Shown here: piece after piece, positions 14,442 to 25,000 of the stretch
Position numbering within the stretch: the first letter of the stretch is position 1
Layout of the letters: every line of letters begins with the position of its first letter
Virus record (IMG/VR): IMGVR_UViG_3300028072_000012
Span: 1-39,699 of that record
DNA length: 39,699 nucleotides
Reading direction: 5' to 3' (one strand)
From: a virus
Taxonomy: Duplodnaviria > Caudoviricetes
The notes under the pieces: model-generated
Seen by the model: only the letters and a program-made list of their open reading frames with translations
Database searches by the model: none
Told to the model about the DNA's origin: nothing
Made by a program: the position numbers and the translations under genes

Positions 14442-14737
14442 GGCGGACCCTCCAGCGACGGATGCCCGCGTTTCTCATTTACCCGCAAATCCTGATCATG
14501 TGCCATCTGGATTCCTGCCTGGATAGCAGCCATCACATCACGTGTGGCCTGCATTGCCGCGATAGCGGCGTCGGCACGTTCCCGCTGGCTGTCACGATCA
14601 GCCTTCAGTTCCCTATTCTCTTCCTTCAGGTCAGTGACAACTGCACGCGGGAAGACGAGCCCGAGGATGAACAGGATGCAGAACACCCCGGCCACCCCAG
14701 CGCTTGAGAGAATTCTGAGGAGTGCAGAATCGGGCAC
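14438..14737 (-). CDS. membrane protein with coiled coil (lysis cassette)
   Basis: N-terminal TM helix followed by coiled coil. Confidence 0.7.
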   Translation of the reverse strand: MPDSALLRILSSAGVAGVFCILFILGLVFPRAVVTDLKEENRELKADRDSQRERADAAIAAMQATRDVMAAIQAGIQMAHDQDLRVNEKRGHPSLEGPP

Positions 14738-14802
14738 AGCTCACTTCTCCCGCGCCCGAGCTTCCAACTGCAGTTCATCATCCGCCACACATCTCCCCTT
14801 GA

Positions 14803-17229
14803 TCAAGCTCCGAGCCGCTCAAACGACGACGTAAGGCACGTAATCGTCGGGGCACCCGTAGTGCTGCCCCACAGCGACTCGATTTCCATAGTGTGACTAA
14901 TTGTTGTATTAAAAGTTGTCAGCGTGTTATTCGGTCCCGTGACAACCACGATCGAGTTCACCGCAGCTGTCCCCGGGCTGATACCCGCAGCGTTCGCGGA
15001 AATCCAGAAAGTCAGCGTCGGGATCACCGTCCCGCCCGTGCCCGTTGTCACCACCGTGATCTCGAACACCGCACGCCAGCACACCGGGGTGCTTATCGCG
15101 AACGCGGTAGCCGCGATCCGTCCCACCCCGCCGCCGCCGGTCACGTTCCCCAGGTCAATGCAGCCGATCGACTGGAGAGTCTGCTGCGTTGACCCCCACG
15201 TGCCGTACCCCGATGCGGTAAGCCGGTACACAGTGTTGACCTGCGGGTCACCCGCCTGGATGTTCCAGAGATTAGTCAGCTGCGCCTGCGCCGCCTGCGT
15301 CACCGTATGCGGTGTCGTGTCCACCTGCGCGGACCCGAGCAGCCCCGAGTACCCCGACGGGAGACTCACCAGGGGAGTGCCCGCAAGGTTCGCTGACAGC
15401 GACGACGTGCCCGCGTTCGCGGACGGCGGCACAGCGGACCCCACCAGGTTGAACTGCCCCCCGGTGAACCCCGGGCCGAACGTGTACCCGTACGCATCCG
15501 TGGAAGACACCGACGCGATAGCCAGGTTCAGTGTCGGCACCGACGGGTTATAGGAAAGGATGACCTGCCCGTCCGCGCCGTTGCCCGCAGTGACCACAGC
15601 GGAACCCGTGTAATAGTTCACCACGATGCGCGGTGACTCGCCCGCCTCACCCGAGTCGAACGTCCCCCAGTACGCCTGGTTAGTAAGCAGCGACGACGGG
15701 ATCGGGCCGACCTTCATCGACTTCGCGTTCCCGTTCTGAAGCGCCGTCCCGATGTTCCCGTTCCGGCCCACGTTGATCGTGGTGACCTTCCCGACCGTGA
15801 ACGGGCTGATCGTCACCTGCACCGACGTGACCCCCGTCGGGGCCACCGCACCGAACGCGCCCGCGTTCGAGTAGGACACCTGAGAATGCAGGATCTTCCC
15901 GATCGCCACCGACACGGACTTCATGACAACCGACACGGACGTGACCGTCACCCCGGCCAGGTCAGACTGGATCGTCGCGAACGGCAGCAGGAAATAAGCG
16001 AACTGGTTTCCTGCAGCCAGCGTCCCGAAACTGCCCAGGTTCTGGAACCCGGTGTACATGCCGCCGCCATGCTGCCGCAGCTGGTTCGGGGCCAGCGAAT
16101 CCGCACCGAAATACGACCAGGTGCCAGTCGTAACATACGTTTTCGTATGCGAGTTGACCACCGCAGCGCCCGCACCGCCCCCGCCGCCGCCCGGCCCGCC
16201 GCCGCCGATGCCGTTCAGGTCAGATGCACCGCCGCCGCCGCCGACCCCCCCGTTCAGCGGTGCGGCACCCCCCGACCCGCCGGCGTTACCAGCAGACTGG
16301 ACACCAGGATTACCCTGGTTCGTGGTGCCGCCTGAGGAACCGCCGCCGTTACCGCCGAACAGGCCCGACCCGTTCGCCCCGTTACCGCCGTCGAAATGAA
16401 TCGTGTTACTGGACCCTGTGCCGCCAGGACCGCCGGTGAACGCGGACCCGCCCGTCGCCCCGTTCGCGAGCACGGTAGTCCCGCCGAACCCGTTCGGCGC
16501 GAACGAGGTGTCCCCGCCGTCATTGCCGGACTGCCCGGTGATCGCCCCCGCACCGCCCTGACCCACATTGATCACGTAAACAGTGCCGGGATTCACCCCG
16601 TACAGCGGCTCTTCCGAGTACTCCCCGCCGCCGCCGCCCTCACCGCCCTGGGTGGCTGTCCCCCCCGACCCCCCCGACCCCGCTCCCCATGCCTGCACCC
16701 GCAGGGAGTTCACCCCGGTCGGCACAGTCCACAGGTACAGGCCGTTCGTTGCGAACGTCACAGCGGTGGCACCCTGCGTGTACCCGAGAACCTGCCCGCT
16801 GCCGTTCGTCATGGTGTGCACCAGCGACACTGCGGTGCCGCCGCTGATCACCGGGGTCAGCACGCTCCCGTTCGCCAGGGTGCTGCCCTGCATCAGCGTG
16901 GTGGCGTCCATGATCGCGCCGATCAGCGACACCGTGGCCAGCGTGCCGCCCGCCACGTTCAGCCCGGCCCCGTACGTGTTCCCGAACTGGTCGGTGCCGT
17001 CCGCAGCGGCCAGCGAGAAATACAGGTTCCCCGCAGAAGGGCTGCCTGAATAGCCGAACATGCCGCCGCCGCTGGTCTGCGACGCGAAATTCAGCTGGGA
17101 AGTGTTGACAGTCATTCCCCAGGCACCGATGGCATACCCGGGAATCATGCCCTGCGTGGAATACGGGAGCAGTGACGACGCCTGCGAATACGGGTCGTAA
17201 GCCGGGTAAGCCCCGTAAGGTGTTGTCAC
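14803..17229 (-). CDS. minor tail protein, glycine-rich
   Basis: 808 aa; WTVPTGV..VQAWGAGSGG and Gly-rich tracts typical of actinophage tail proteins. Confidence 0.8.
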   Translation of the reverse strand: MTTPYGAYPAYDPYSQASSLLPYSTQGMIPGYAIGAWGMTVNTSQLNFASQTSGGGMFGYSGSPSAGNLYFSLAAADGTDQFGNTYGAGLNVAGGTLATVSLIGAIMDATTLMQGSTLANGSVLTPVISGGTAVSLVHTMTNGSGQVLGYTQGATAVTFATNGLYLWTVPTGVNSLRVQAWGAGSGGSGGTATQGGEGGGGGEYSEEPLYGVNPGTVYVINVGQGGAGAITGQSGNDGGDTSFAPNGFGGTTVLANGATGGSAFTGGPGGTGSSNTIHFDGGNGANGSGLFGGNGGGSSGGTTNQGNPGVQSAGNAGGSGGAAPLNGGVGGGGGASDLNGIGGGGPGGGGGGAGAAVVNSHTKTYVTTGTWSYFGADSLAPNQLRQHGGGMYTGFQNLGSFGTLAAGNQFAYFLLPFATIQSDLAGVTVTSVSVVMKSVSVAIGKILHSQVSYSNAGAFGAVAPTGVTSVQVTISPFTVGKVTTINVGRNGNIGTALQNGNAKSMKVGPIPSSLLTNQAYWGTFDSGEAGESPRIVVNYYTGSAVVTAGNGADGQVILSYNPSVPTLNLAIASVSSTDAYGYTFGPGFTGGQFNLVGSAVPPSANAGTSSLSANLAGTPLVSLPSGYSGLLGSAQVDTTPHTVTQAAQAQLTNLWNIQAGDPQVNTVYRLTASGYGTWGSTQQTLQSIGCIDLGNVTGGGGVGRIAATAFAISTPVCWRAVFEITVVTTGTGGTVIPTLTFWISANAAGISPGTAAVNSIVVVTGPNNTLTTFNTTISHTMEIESLWGSTTGAPTITCLTSSFERLGA

Positions 17230-17235
17230 ACACTC

Positions 17236-19053
17236 CTAGTTACTCAGCCACAGCAGCTCAAAATGGCTGTTGAAATTGTGGGTGACATCAGTAGTCCATG
17301 CGGTGCGCGCCTGAGACTGGTACATCATCGCCGGGGCGATCGTCTCCCCCTGGTTCAGGTAATAGCAGCCGATCGCGGTAGCGCCCGCCGGCTGGGTGCC
17401 CCCCGACACGAGCGGCAGCGACTGATACCAGTCCGGCTGCCCGTGACTTGTCGCCGGCGACGCGAACCCTCCCGACGTCGGCACGGAGAACCCTGCTGTG
17501 ATCTGATCCGATGCGCCTGCCCCTGCGGTGACGGAGATTTCCTCCACTGCCAGGTACCAGCCGGCTACCTGCGCGGTGTACTTGTTGTTCACCGCTGACC
17601 AGCCGCCGTAATTGTCTCCTGTTGACCCGTGGACCAGGCCCCCGACTGCCTGCATCGTGACCGGCACGAACTGGTTCACCGTGCTTGACTGTGCTGTCGA
17701 CTGATGCACCATCAGGTAGGGGCGGTTCAGGAGAAAGTTCAGGTCGTTCGCAATTTTAGTATTCATTATCCCGGCAAGCTGGGTAGCTGCCGTGCCGGGC
17801 GGGGTCGCAGCCTGGAACTGGAAGCCGGTTACCTCCGGGGGCACCCAGGTGAGGCCCCCGGAAGTGATCGCGCCCATCCACACCATGTTCCAGTGCGAGG
17901 AACTGACCGCAGACAGGATCTGCCCGCCGGTGGACGACTGGACGAACGTGGTGATGGTGTCCCCTGCGTTCAGGTCCAGGATTTTCGTGGCTGCCGCACC
18001 GTAATACTGGTTCTGCGCTGTGCCGTAGGTGTACCAGCCGCCGAAATAGTTCGTCGCACCCACCTTGAATCCCGTGGCGAACTGCCCCGGGACACCGCCG
18101 TGTTCCAGCACTGTCGTGCAATGGCAGAAGTACAGTCCGCTTAGCGGCACAACATAGTTCGTGCTCTGGCTGAACCCGCTGAAGTTGTCAATTACCGGGG
18201 TGTTGCTGGACCAGTTCAGGGTGGTGAGCGCGGTGCCGAGGATGCCGCCCAGCGGAGCCTGGATGCTCATCATCGGCGGGTAGTTCAGCAGCGCGAGAGT
18301 CTGCTGGATGGAGGAGTTCAGTGTCCCTGAAGACAGCGGGGTTGCCGCCCCGATCGACGTGATCGGCGACGGCACCGACCTGATCAGCAGGTTGTTCCCG
18401 GACAGGACCCCGCACCAGATTTCCCCCACACGCGGTGTTTCCCCGCAGGTACTGGTCACGTTCGACCTGACGGTGCCGTTCCTCCCGGTCCCGTCCGTCA
18501 TCCATGCGCCCACGGTCAGGCCGCCGTCACCTGGGGTGCGCAGCACCAGGTCCACCGCGAACCCGCAGTTGTCATACACCGCTGAACCCGGCTGAACAGG
18601 GCCGATGTCCTGCTGCGCGGTTGTTCCCAGGTACCAGGCGCTGCCGAACGCAGACCCTGTTGTCTGCGAGAACGGTGACACCGGGACGAAGTTGAAAATC
18701 AGGTTCCAGCCGCCCTGCACCCCCGCGATGCCCGCTGACCCGGGAGCGACCGCGCCTGCTGACCGGAATTTCGCTGCATCCGCCGGGGCATCTGCGCCCA
18801 CCCCGAACAATGCTGCGTTGTCCAGCACGGAAATGGCACTGCCGACGGTGCCGCCGAGGATCGTGGTTTTCCCGCCTTTCGGTGCGCCCAGCACCTGCGC
18901 GGTGGTGTACGTCTCGACCAGCAGAGGCCGGTTCGAGTGGAACAGCACCCCGTTAGCGGCGAAATAGGAACCGTCATACGTGTACATGTCCTGGTTCAGC
19001 TGGTGCGCCGTGATAGGCGAGAAAGTCTGCCAGGTAGACGGTGACAATGGCAT
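17236..19053 (-). CDS. minor tail protein
   Basis: 605 aa, repeated beta-rich (C1q-like) modules, tail context. Confidence 0.75.
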   Translation of the reverse strand: MPLSPSTWQTFSPITAHQLNQDMYTYDGSYFAANGVLFHSNRPLLVETYTTAQVLGAPKGGKTTILGGTVGSAISVLDNAALFGVGADAPADAAKFRSAGAVAPGSAGIAGVQGGWNLIFNFVPVSPFSQTTGSAFGSAWYLGTTAQQDIGPVQPGSAVYDNCGFAVDLVLRTPGDGGLTVGAWMTDGTGRNGTVRSNVTSTCGETPRVGEIWCGVLSGNNLLIRSVPSPITSIGAATPLSSGTLNSSIQQTLALLNYPPMMSIQAPLGGILGTALTTLNWSSNTPVIDNFSGFSQSTNYVVPLSGLYFCHCTTVLEHGGVPGQFATGFKVGATNYFGGWYTYGTAQNQYYGAAATKILDLNAGDTITTFVQSSTGGQILSAVSSSHWNMVWMGAITSGGLTWVPPEVTGFQFQAATPPGTAATQLAGIMNTKIANDLNFLLNRPYLMVHQSTAQSSTVNQFVPVTMQAVGGLVHGSTGDNYGGWSAVNNKYTAQVAGWYLAVEEISVTAGAGASDQITAGFSVPTSGGFASPATSHGQPDWYQSLPLVSGGTQPAGATAIGCYYLNQGETIAPAMMYQSQARTAWTTDVTHNFNSHFELLWLSN

Positions 19054-19063
19054 TCTTTTATCC

Positions 19064-22000
19064 TTACCAGCTCAGGGACTGAGTGCCCGGCGTGTTCTGC
19101 CCCGACTGATCCGCGATCAGCGCCTGGTTTTCCGGGTAAACCGGGGAAATCTGGTACTTCGTCGTCCACTGTGACGGGCCGATATCATGCTGGATTTCCT
19201 GGATTGCCCCTGTCACGCTGAGAACTGCCCCGCCCACCGGACGGCGGTTCACCGTGACTGTCTGGTTCAGTTCCAGCCCGAGAATTGTCGGGAACAGCGT
19301 CGGGAACTTGCCCTGCCCCGCAGCCACGTTAATGGACAGCACCTGACTGCGCTGCACCGGCTGCTGGTACTTCGCAACCGACCAGTTCACCACGTCATTG
19401 ACGTCAAACGGGGTCAGCGCGAACGACTGGATTTCCAGCCCGGACCTGTTGAAGTAATTCGTCTGGCTGGTATGGTCTGCCACCTGATAGAAAAATGTCT
19501 GGTCCGGGCCACGGTTCTGCGTCGCGTTCACCGTGTTGTAGATGAACGAGTTGTCCACGGAGAACGTGGAATCCTGCATGAGCGGCAGTTCCGTTGTCCC
19601 GTTGTCCCCGAATGTGGCAACCACCGGCTGGTTGTACCGCGCCCAGCGGATGACATAGACAAGACTGCCGTTCGCCTGGGTGAAACAGCGTCCGCCTTCC
19701 GTCTGCGTAAGCTGCTGCATGACATCCGCGCCAGTGCTGCCCTCATAGGAGTACGCCTCAGACATGAACGTGTTCTCAACGGTCCCGTAAGTGCCGTACC
19801 AGGCGGTACCGCCCCGCTTCAGGCCCAGCAGCCCCCATGTGAGCACCTGCGCGAACCTGCCCGGCGCGGGAATGTACCCTGACCCGTAGAACCCGGACGC
19901 GAAATGGTTGCTGATCTGCGCTGGGGTCAGCTCATACGGGTAGATGGCAAGATGCCCGGCCGCGAAGTTGAAACCGTTGTAAACGCACAGGTCAGACACG
20001 TCATAGGAGAACCGGGCGGGTCCCAGGGTGATCGCGCGGATCAGCGGGTGCGTCGCGATCCCGTTGCTGACCCCCACCCCCACCCCGTTCAGGTAACAGG
20101 ACAGCGACTGCGCGTACAGGCCAGTCGGCCCGGACACCAGCACGAAATGCTGCGGTGCGAACGTGTTCTGATTGAAGTGGAGCGCCGCGCCGATCTCCGT
20201 GCCGTTAACGTACAGGCCGGTTGCCTTGGCTGTGTTCGACCCGGTGTTGATCCCGACGGTGATCACCCCGCCGACCGTGCCGATCTGCGGGGCAGCCGCG
20301 AAGAAACTGGACGGTCCCGCCCACGCGTTCAGCAGCGTGGTAGACGCCAGTGTCGTACCGCCCCAGGTGAACCAGAACTCCAGTGTCATCCCGGTTGTGT
20401 TCGTCGGGATGTTCGGATCGAAGTAGAACATGCCGGGACCGTTAGTGTTGGTTTCCGGGGCAATGTACGTTGAGGCACCCATCACCGTGTCACTGTCGCC
20501 CAGCAGGTTCAGCGCCTGCCCTGTCGTCGCCGGCTGGTCACTGCCGTCCCGGTACGCGCCGACCCGGTTGTTGCCCGGAGCCTTGTTCACCGCGATCAGC
20601 CCGTTAGCGTCAAGCGGGGCCTTGATCGGGTCCAGCGACTGGGTGGTGAAACTGTACTGCTCATCCGTCGCGAAGTACGCGTACGGGGAATCTTTCCGGA
20701 TGTCCCCTTCCACGGCGGAAGACAGGGAGGTGCTCGCCAGCGGCCCGTAGGCGTCCGTGGCGACCAGCGTGGAGAATCCCCACTGCGGCATGTCCGGCCA
20801 TTCCTGCGGCCACCGTTCCACGTACCCGAACGCGACCGGGTACTGGGTGCCGTTCCACCAGGCTGTCACCCGCACCGGCACGTTCGGGACAACGCAGTTA
20901 GTTGACACCAGGTTCGATCCGTTCAGGATCGCGCACTCATCTACGTAGAAGACAGTGGCAGCGGAAGGCAGGCCGGACAGCTTGGCGTCCACCCGGGCGA
21001 AGACAGCTGTTGACGGGGCCTGGGTGTTCACCAGCGTAACCTGCGTCCACACGCCGGCCGGGACGGACTTGCTGGCAGAAGTCGTGGAAATGAAAACCTG
21101 GCTGGCGTTGTACCAGTCAACGGAAACCTGTGTTGTGCTCCACCCGAGCGGGATGTACACCCAGAATGAGGCGGTGACGATCCCGCTGTTCAGCCGGATC
21201 AGCTGCGAGCTGATGAACGGGTTGCTCGTCACCCCGTCCGGGGTCACCTGCATGGAAGTCGTGCCGCTGTGCGCGAACGCGGTTGACGGTGCCATGACGG
21301 AGTTGTTGTTCGCCGTCCACCCGGTGGTGCCCAGCCCGAAGCTCATGTTCGGGTTCAGCGCGTTGCTCCAGTACGGGCTCGCAGTATTGCCGTACGTGAA
21401 CGCGCCGTCATGATTGTCCAGGGTGAGGGTCAGCTCCCCGGTTTCCTCCTGGGAAATCTCGTACTGCCGGCCACGGGTGATCTTGATGCGTCCCTGGCCC
21501 TTGTCCCCGATGACCCGCGTGGAAATGTCCGTCCACGTCAGCCCTGTGATGTCCCAGGTGTAGTCAACGCTTTGCGTCCAGTCTCCCGGCGTGGCCCCGA
21601 ACGCGGCCTCCACCGTGACCAGGGGATAGTTCGGGTTCGTCTGAAGCGGTGCCGCCGCAGTCAGCTTCAGGCCCACGATAAGACCCGACGCCGGCACTGT
21701 GTTCGCCCATGTAGGAGCGAACGGGACACCCCCGGCGGCATTGTTCGGGATGTACATCGAATAGGTGGTGGCCTGCGCGGACAGCGCCCCGCCCGCCGCC
21801 GCGATCCCCGACCAGCCGGACGGCACCGTCAGCGCACCGCCGCCGCCGCCCGTGGAAAGCACCCCGAACACAAGGTCGCTTGTCGTGGCTGTCCCCGCAG
21901 GGATCGTCAGGGCGGCAACCCCCGCCGTGGATACCGTGGTCTGCACGAAGTCGATCACCGGCGTACCGAAGCTGCCCGGCAGGTTGTGGACTTCAGCGAT

Positions 22001-25000
22001 GGTGTACGAGGTGGCGTAAGCCCACCCGGTGAGCGCCACCGAAACCCAGGACACCTGACGGGGATTGTCGCAGAACCAGATGCTGCTGCGGGACACCCCC
22101 TGCGCCGGGGTGATCCCGATCTGCCGCCACAAGTTCCCCGCAGAGTCCGACACGTTCACCGCAGGAGCCTTGCCAGGGGCGGTGGCAGCGGAGAACGGGG
22201 ACACGTTCCAGCCGATGAACGCGACCAGGCCCGTTGTCGTGCCGGTGCTGCTGATCGTGTACGGGACGTCATCCAGCCCGTAATCGTTGATCACGTTCCC
22301 GGACACGAAACTGTACACGAACGGCTGCGCCCCGGTAGCGGCCCGCCCGGACAGTGCCAGCGGCTGCATCACGTACGTGCCGGTGGCGGTTTCCGAGGTG
22401 AGCCGGTCCGCAGCGTTCGAACTGAACATGAACGGCTGGATGCCCATGCTGCCTGACGATGACTTCCCGGCCGGGCCGAGGAAGTTCGACGGGGACAGTG
22501 CGATGTCATCCATGTACATCAGCGGCTGGGACGGGTGGCTGTGCGTCCACCCGAACTCAACCTCAGCGACACCGCCGGTGCCACCCCAGGCGCTTGTCGC
22601 GTCAGTGTGCGACTCGATCACGCTGAGACTGTCACCCGCATAGTAGCTGATGGTGAACGACCCGTTACCTGCCGTGCCTGCCAGCAGGTACCACTCGATC
22701 CGGTACCAGGTATTGGTGGACAGGGCCGTGGTGAACGTGAAGATCGTCGTGAAGCTGGGATTCTGGAGAACCAGGTGACCGCCCGTGTCGATCTGGATGT
22801 TCCCCGCATTAGATGCGCTGGTGCCGCGCAGCTGAACGTTCGCGTCCACCACCGCCGGCAAGCCCGTCAGGTAAACGTAAACACGCCCGTACGATGTCAG
22901 CGTCGCGGGAATCGTGGTCCACCCGACGAAAGCGGTGCCGCTGCCTGCCGTGGTAGACGCCGCCATCGCCAGGGAACCGTGCGCCGCCTGCGTTGAGGAG
23001 AACGTCAGCGACCCGTTCGCCACCGTCGCCACGTCGAACGCACGCCCGGAAGCACCCCCGGAGTTCCCTGTGGTGATCGTGGTGGTGTTGGTGCCGCCCT
23101 CGAACGTGTTGTAGTAAAACGTGTTCGTGTCGGTAGCTGAGTTGCTGGTGGAAAACGCGGGGGTCTGCAGCACCAGCGCGCCGGTCACCGGATGCCCCGC
23201 CGGACCCATGTACCCGGTCGTGGACAAGCCCAGGTCATCCATGTACATAACATGCTGGTTGGCGAGCGCCGTGTTCCACCCGAACGAAACCTGGCTGATC
23301 GCCGCACCCACCCCGTACGGGCCTGAGGTGTCAGTGAACGTGGCCGTGATCGTGGTGGAGTCCATCGACAGGTAATAGTTCACGGTCAGCGATGCGGTGC
23401 CGGTAGGCCCGCAGACCACCTGCCATTCAACCCGGAACCATGAGCCGACCGGGACCGTCACCCCGACGCTGCTCCTGCCGCCTGAGGTGTTCTGCGTCAT
23501 CAGCGCCCCGGCAGCGGTGATCATGACCCCGCCGCCGAACGCGCCGTTGCTCAGGAACTGGACAACAGTGTCATCTGAGGTCGGCCATGCGGTCATGAAG
23601 ATGTAAGCACGCCCGTACACCACAGTCTGGTAGCCCAGCTGAGTGGACCAGAACACATTGCAGAGACCCGCATTGAATGTGGTGAACGCGATCATCGACG
23701 TGCCGTGCGCCGACTGCGAGAAGTACCCGGGGAAGATAAGCCCGTTCGGGTTCGGGTCCTGTATCGTCGTAACCCCGTCGAACGCGTTCGTGACAGCGGT
23801 CCCTGACAGGGCAACAGTCACCGTCTGCCCGCCGGCAGGGGGAGTTATGTCACAGTTGTTCACCAGGAACGCTGCGCTTGACGCAGGACCCGGGTACCCC
23901 TGAAGGTTCACGTTCAGGCCGCCGAGGTACACCGCCGGCTGGCTCGCGTGGTTGCTGGTGCGCCCGTAGTTGATCGTGTTGATGCTGCCGCCGGACCCGA
24001 ACGCGCCTGCGGTGTCGATAACTGACTGGGTGATCGTCACCGAGTCCGCAGATGAGTAGTAGTTCAGGTTCAGCGACGCTGCCCCCGCACTGCCGCACAC
24101 CAGCTTGAACTCAACCCGCGTCCACTGGTTCAACGGCAGGATCGGGCCGCCGCCGACCTCACCCGACGATGCGTTCTGCGTGCGGAGCTGACCGCTGGTC
24201 GCGATCATCACCCCGCCGCCGAACGTACCCGAGTTGCGGAACTCGACAATGTTGTCGTCCGCAGCAGGGTACGCCTGCATGTACACGTACACGCGACCGT
24301 AAATCGTCGTCTGCGACCCCAGTGATGCCGCCCAGGTAACCATCGCCACCCCGGCCACGCCGGATGTGGTGAACGCGCCGGACAGTCCCGAGTGGATCGC
24401 TGCCACATTCGAGTAGACGGCGGTGGCGCTGTTCGTGGTGGTAACCGAGTCGAACGCGTTCTCCCCGACACCGCCGCCGGAGTTGCCCGTGGTGATGCCG
24501 GTGCCGTTGGTGCCCTCGTTGAAGTCGTTTGACAGCAGCGTCGTGGTTCCCGGCCCCCCGGACGGGGAGATCACCCACGTGAACGACGCACGGCCGGCAG
24601 CAGAAGTCCCGTCCGTGGCTGTCACTGTGCAGTTGAACGTCCCCGCGACAGTCGGGGTGCCGGAGATGAGGCCGCTGGAAGCGTTGATCGACAGAGACGT
24701 CGGCAGCCCGGAGGATGTCCAGGTGAAAGTCTGCCCGGAAGCGGAGTCCGTCGCTGTCATCTGCAACGATGCGGCGGTGCTCACCACCCCGGTCTGCGAC
24801 CCGGGATTCGCTACCGTGACAGTGTTGCCGGAGGCAGGGTTGATCGTCCACGTGAACGAGGTGGACCCCGCAGCTGAGGTGGTGTCCGTCGCGGTGATCG
24901 TGGGAGTGTAAACACCCTGGGTGGTGGGGGTGCCGGTGATCTGCCCGGTGGTGGAGCTGATGGACAGGCCGGTGGGCAGGCCGTTAGAAGAATAGGTGAG

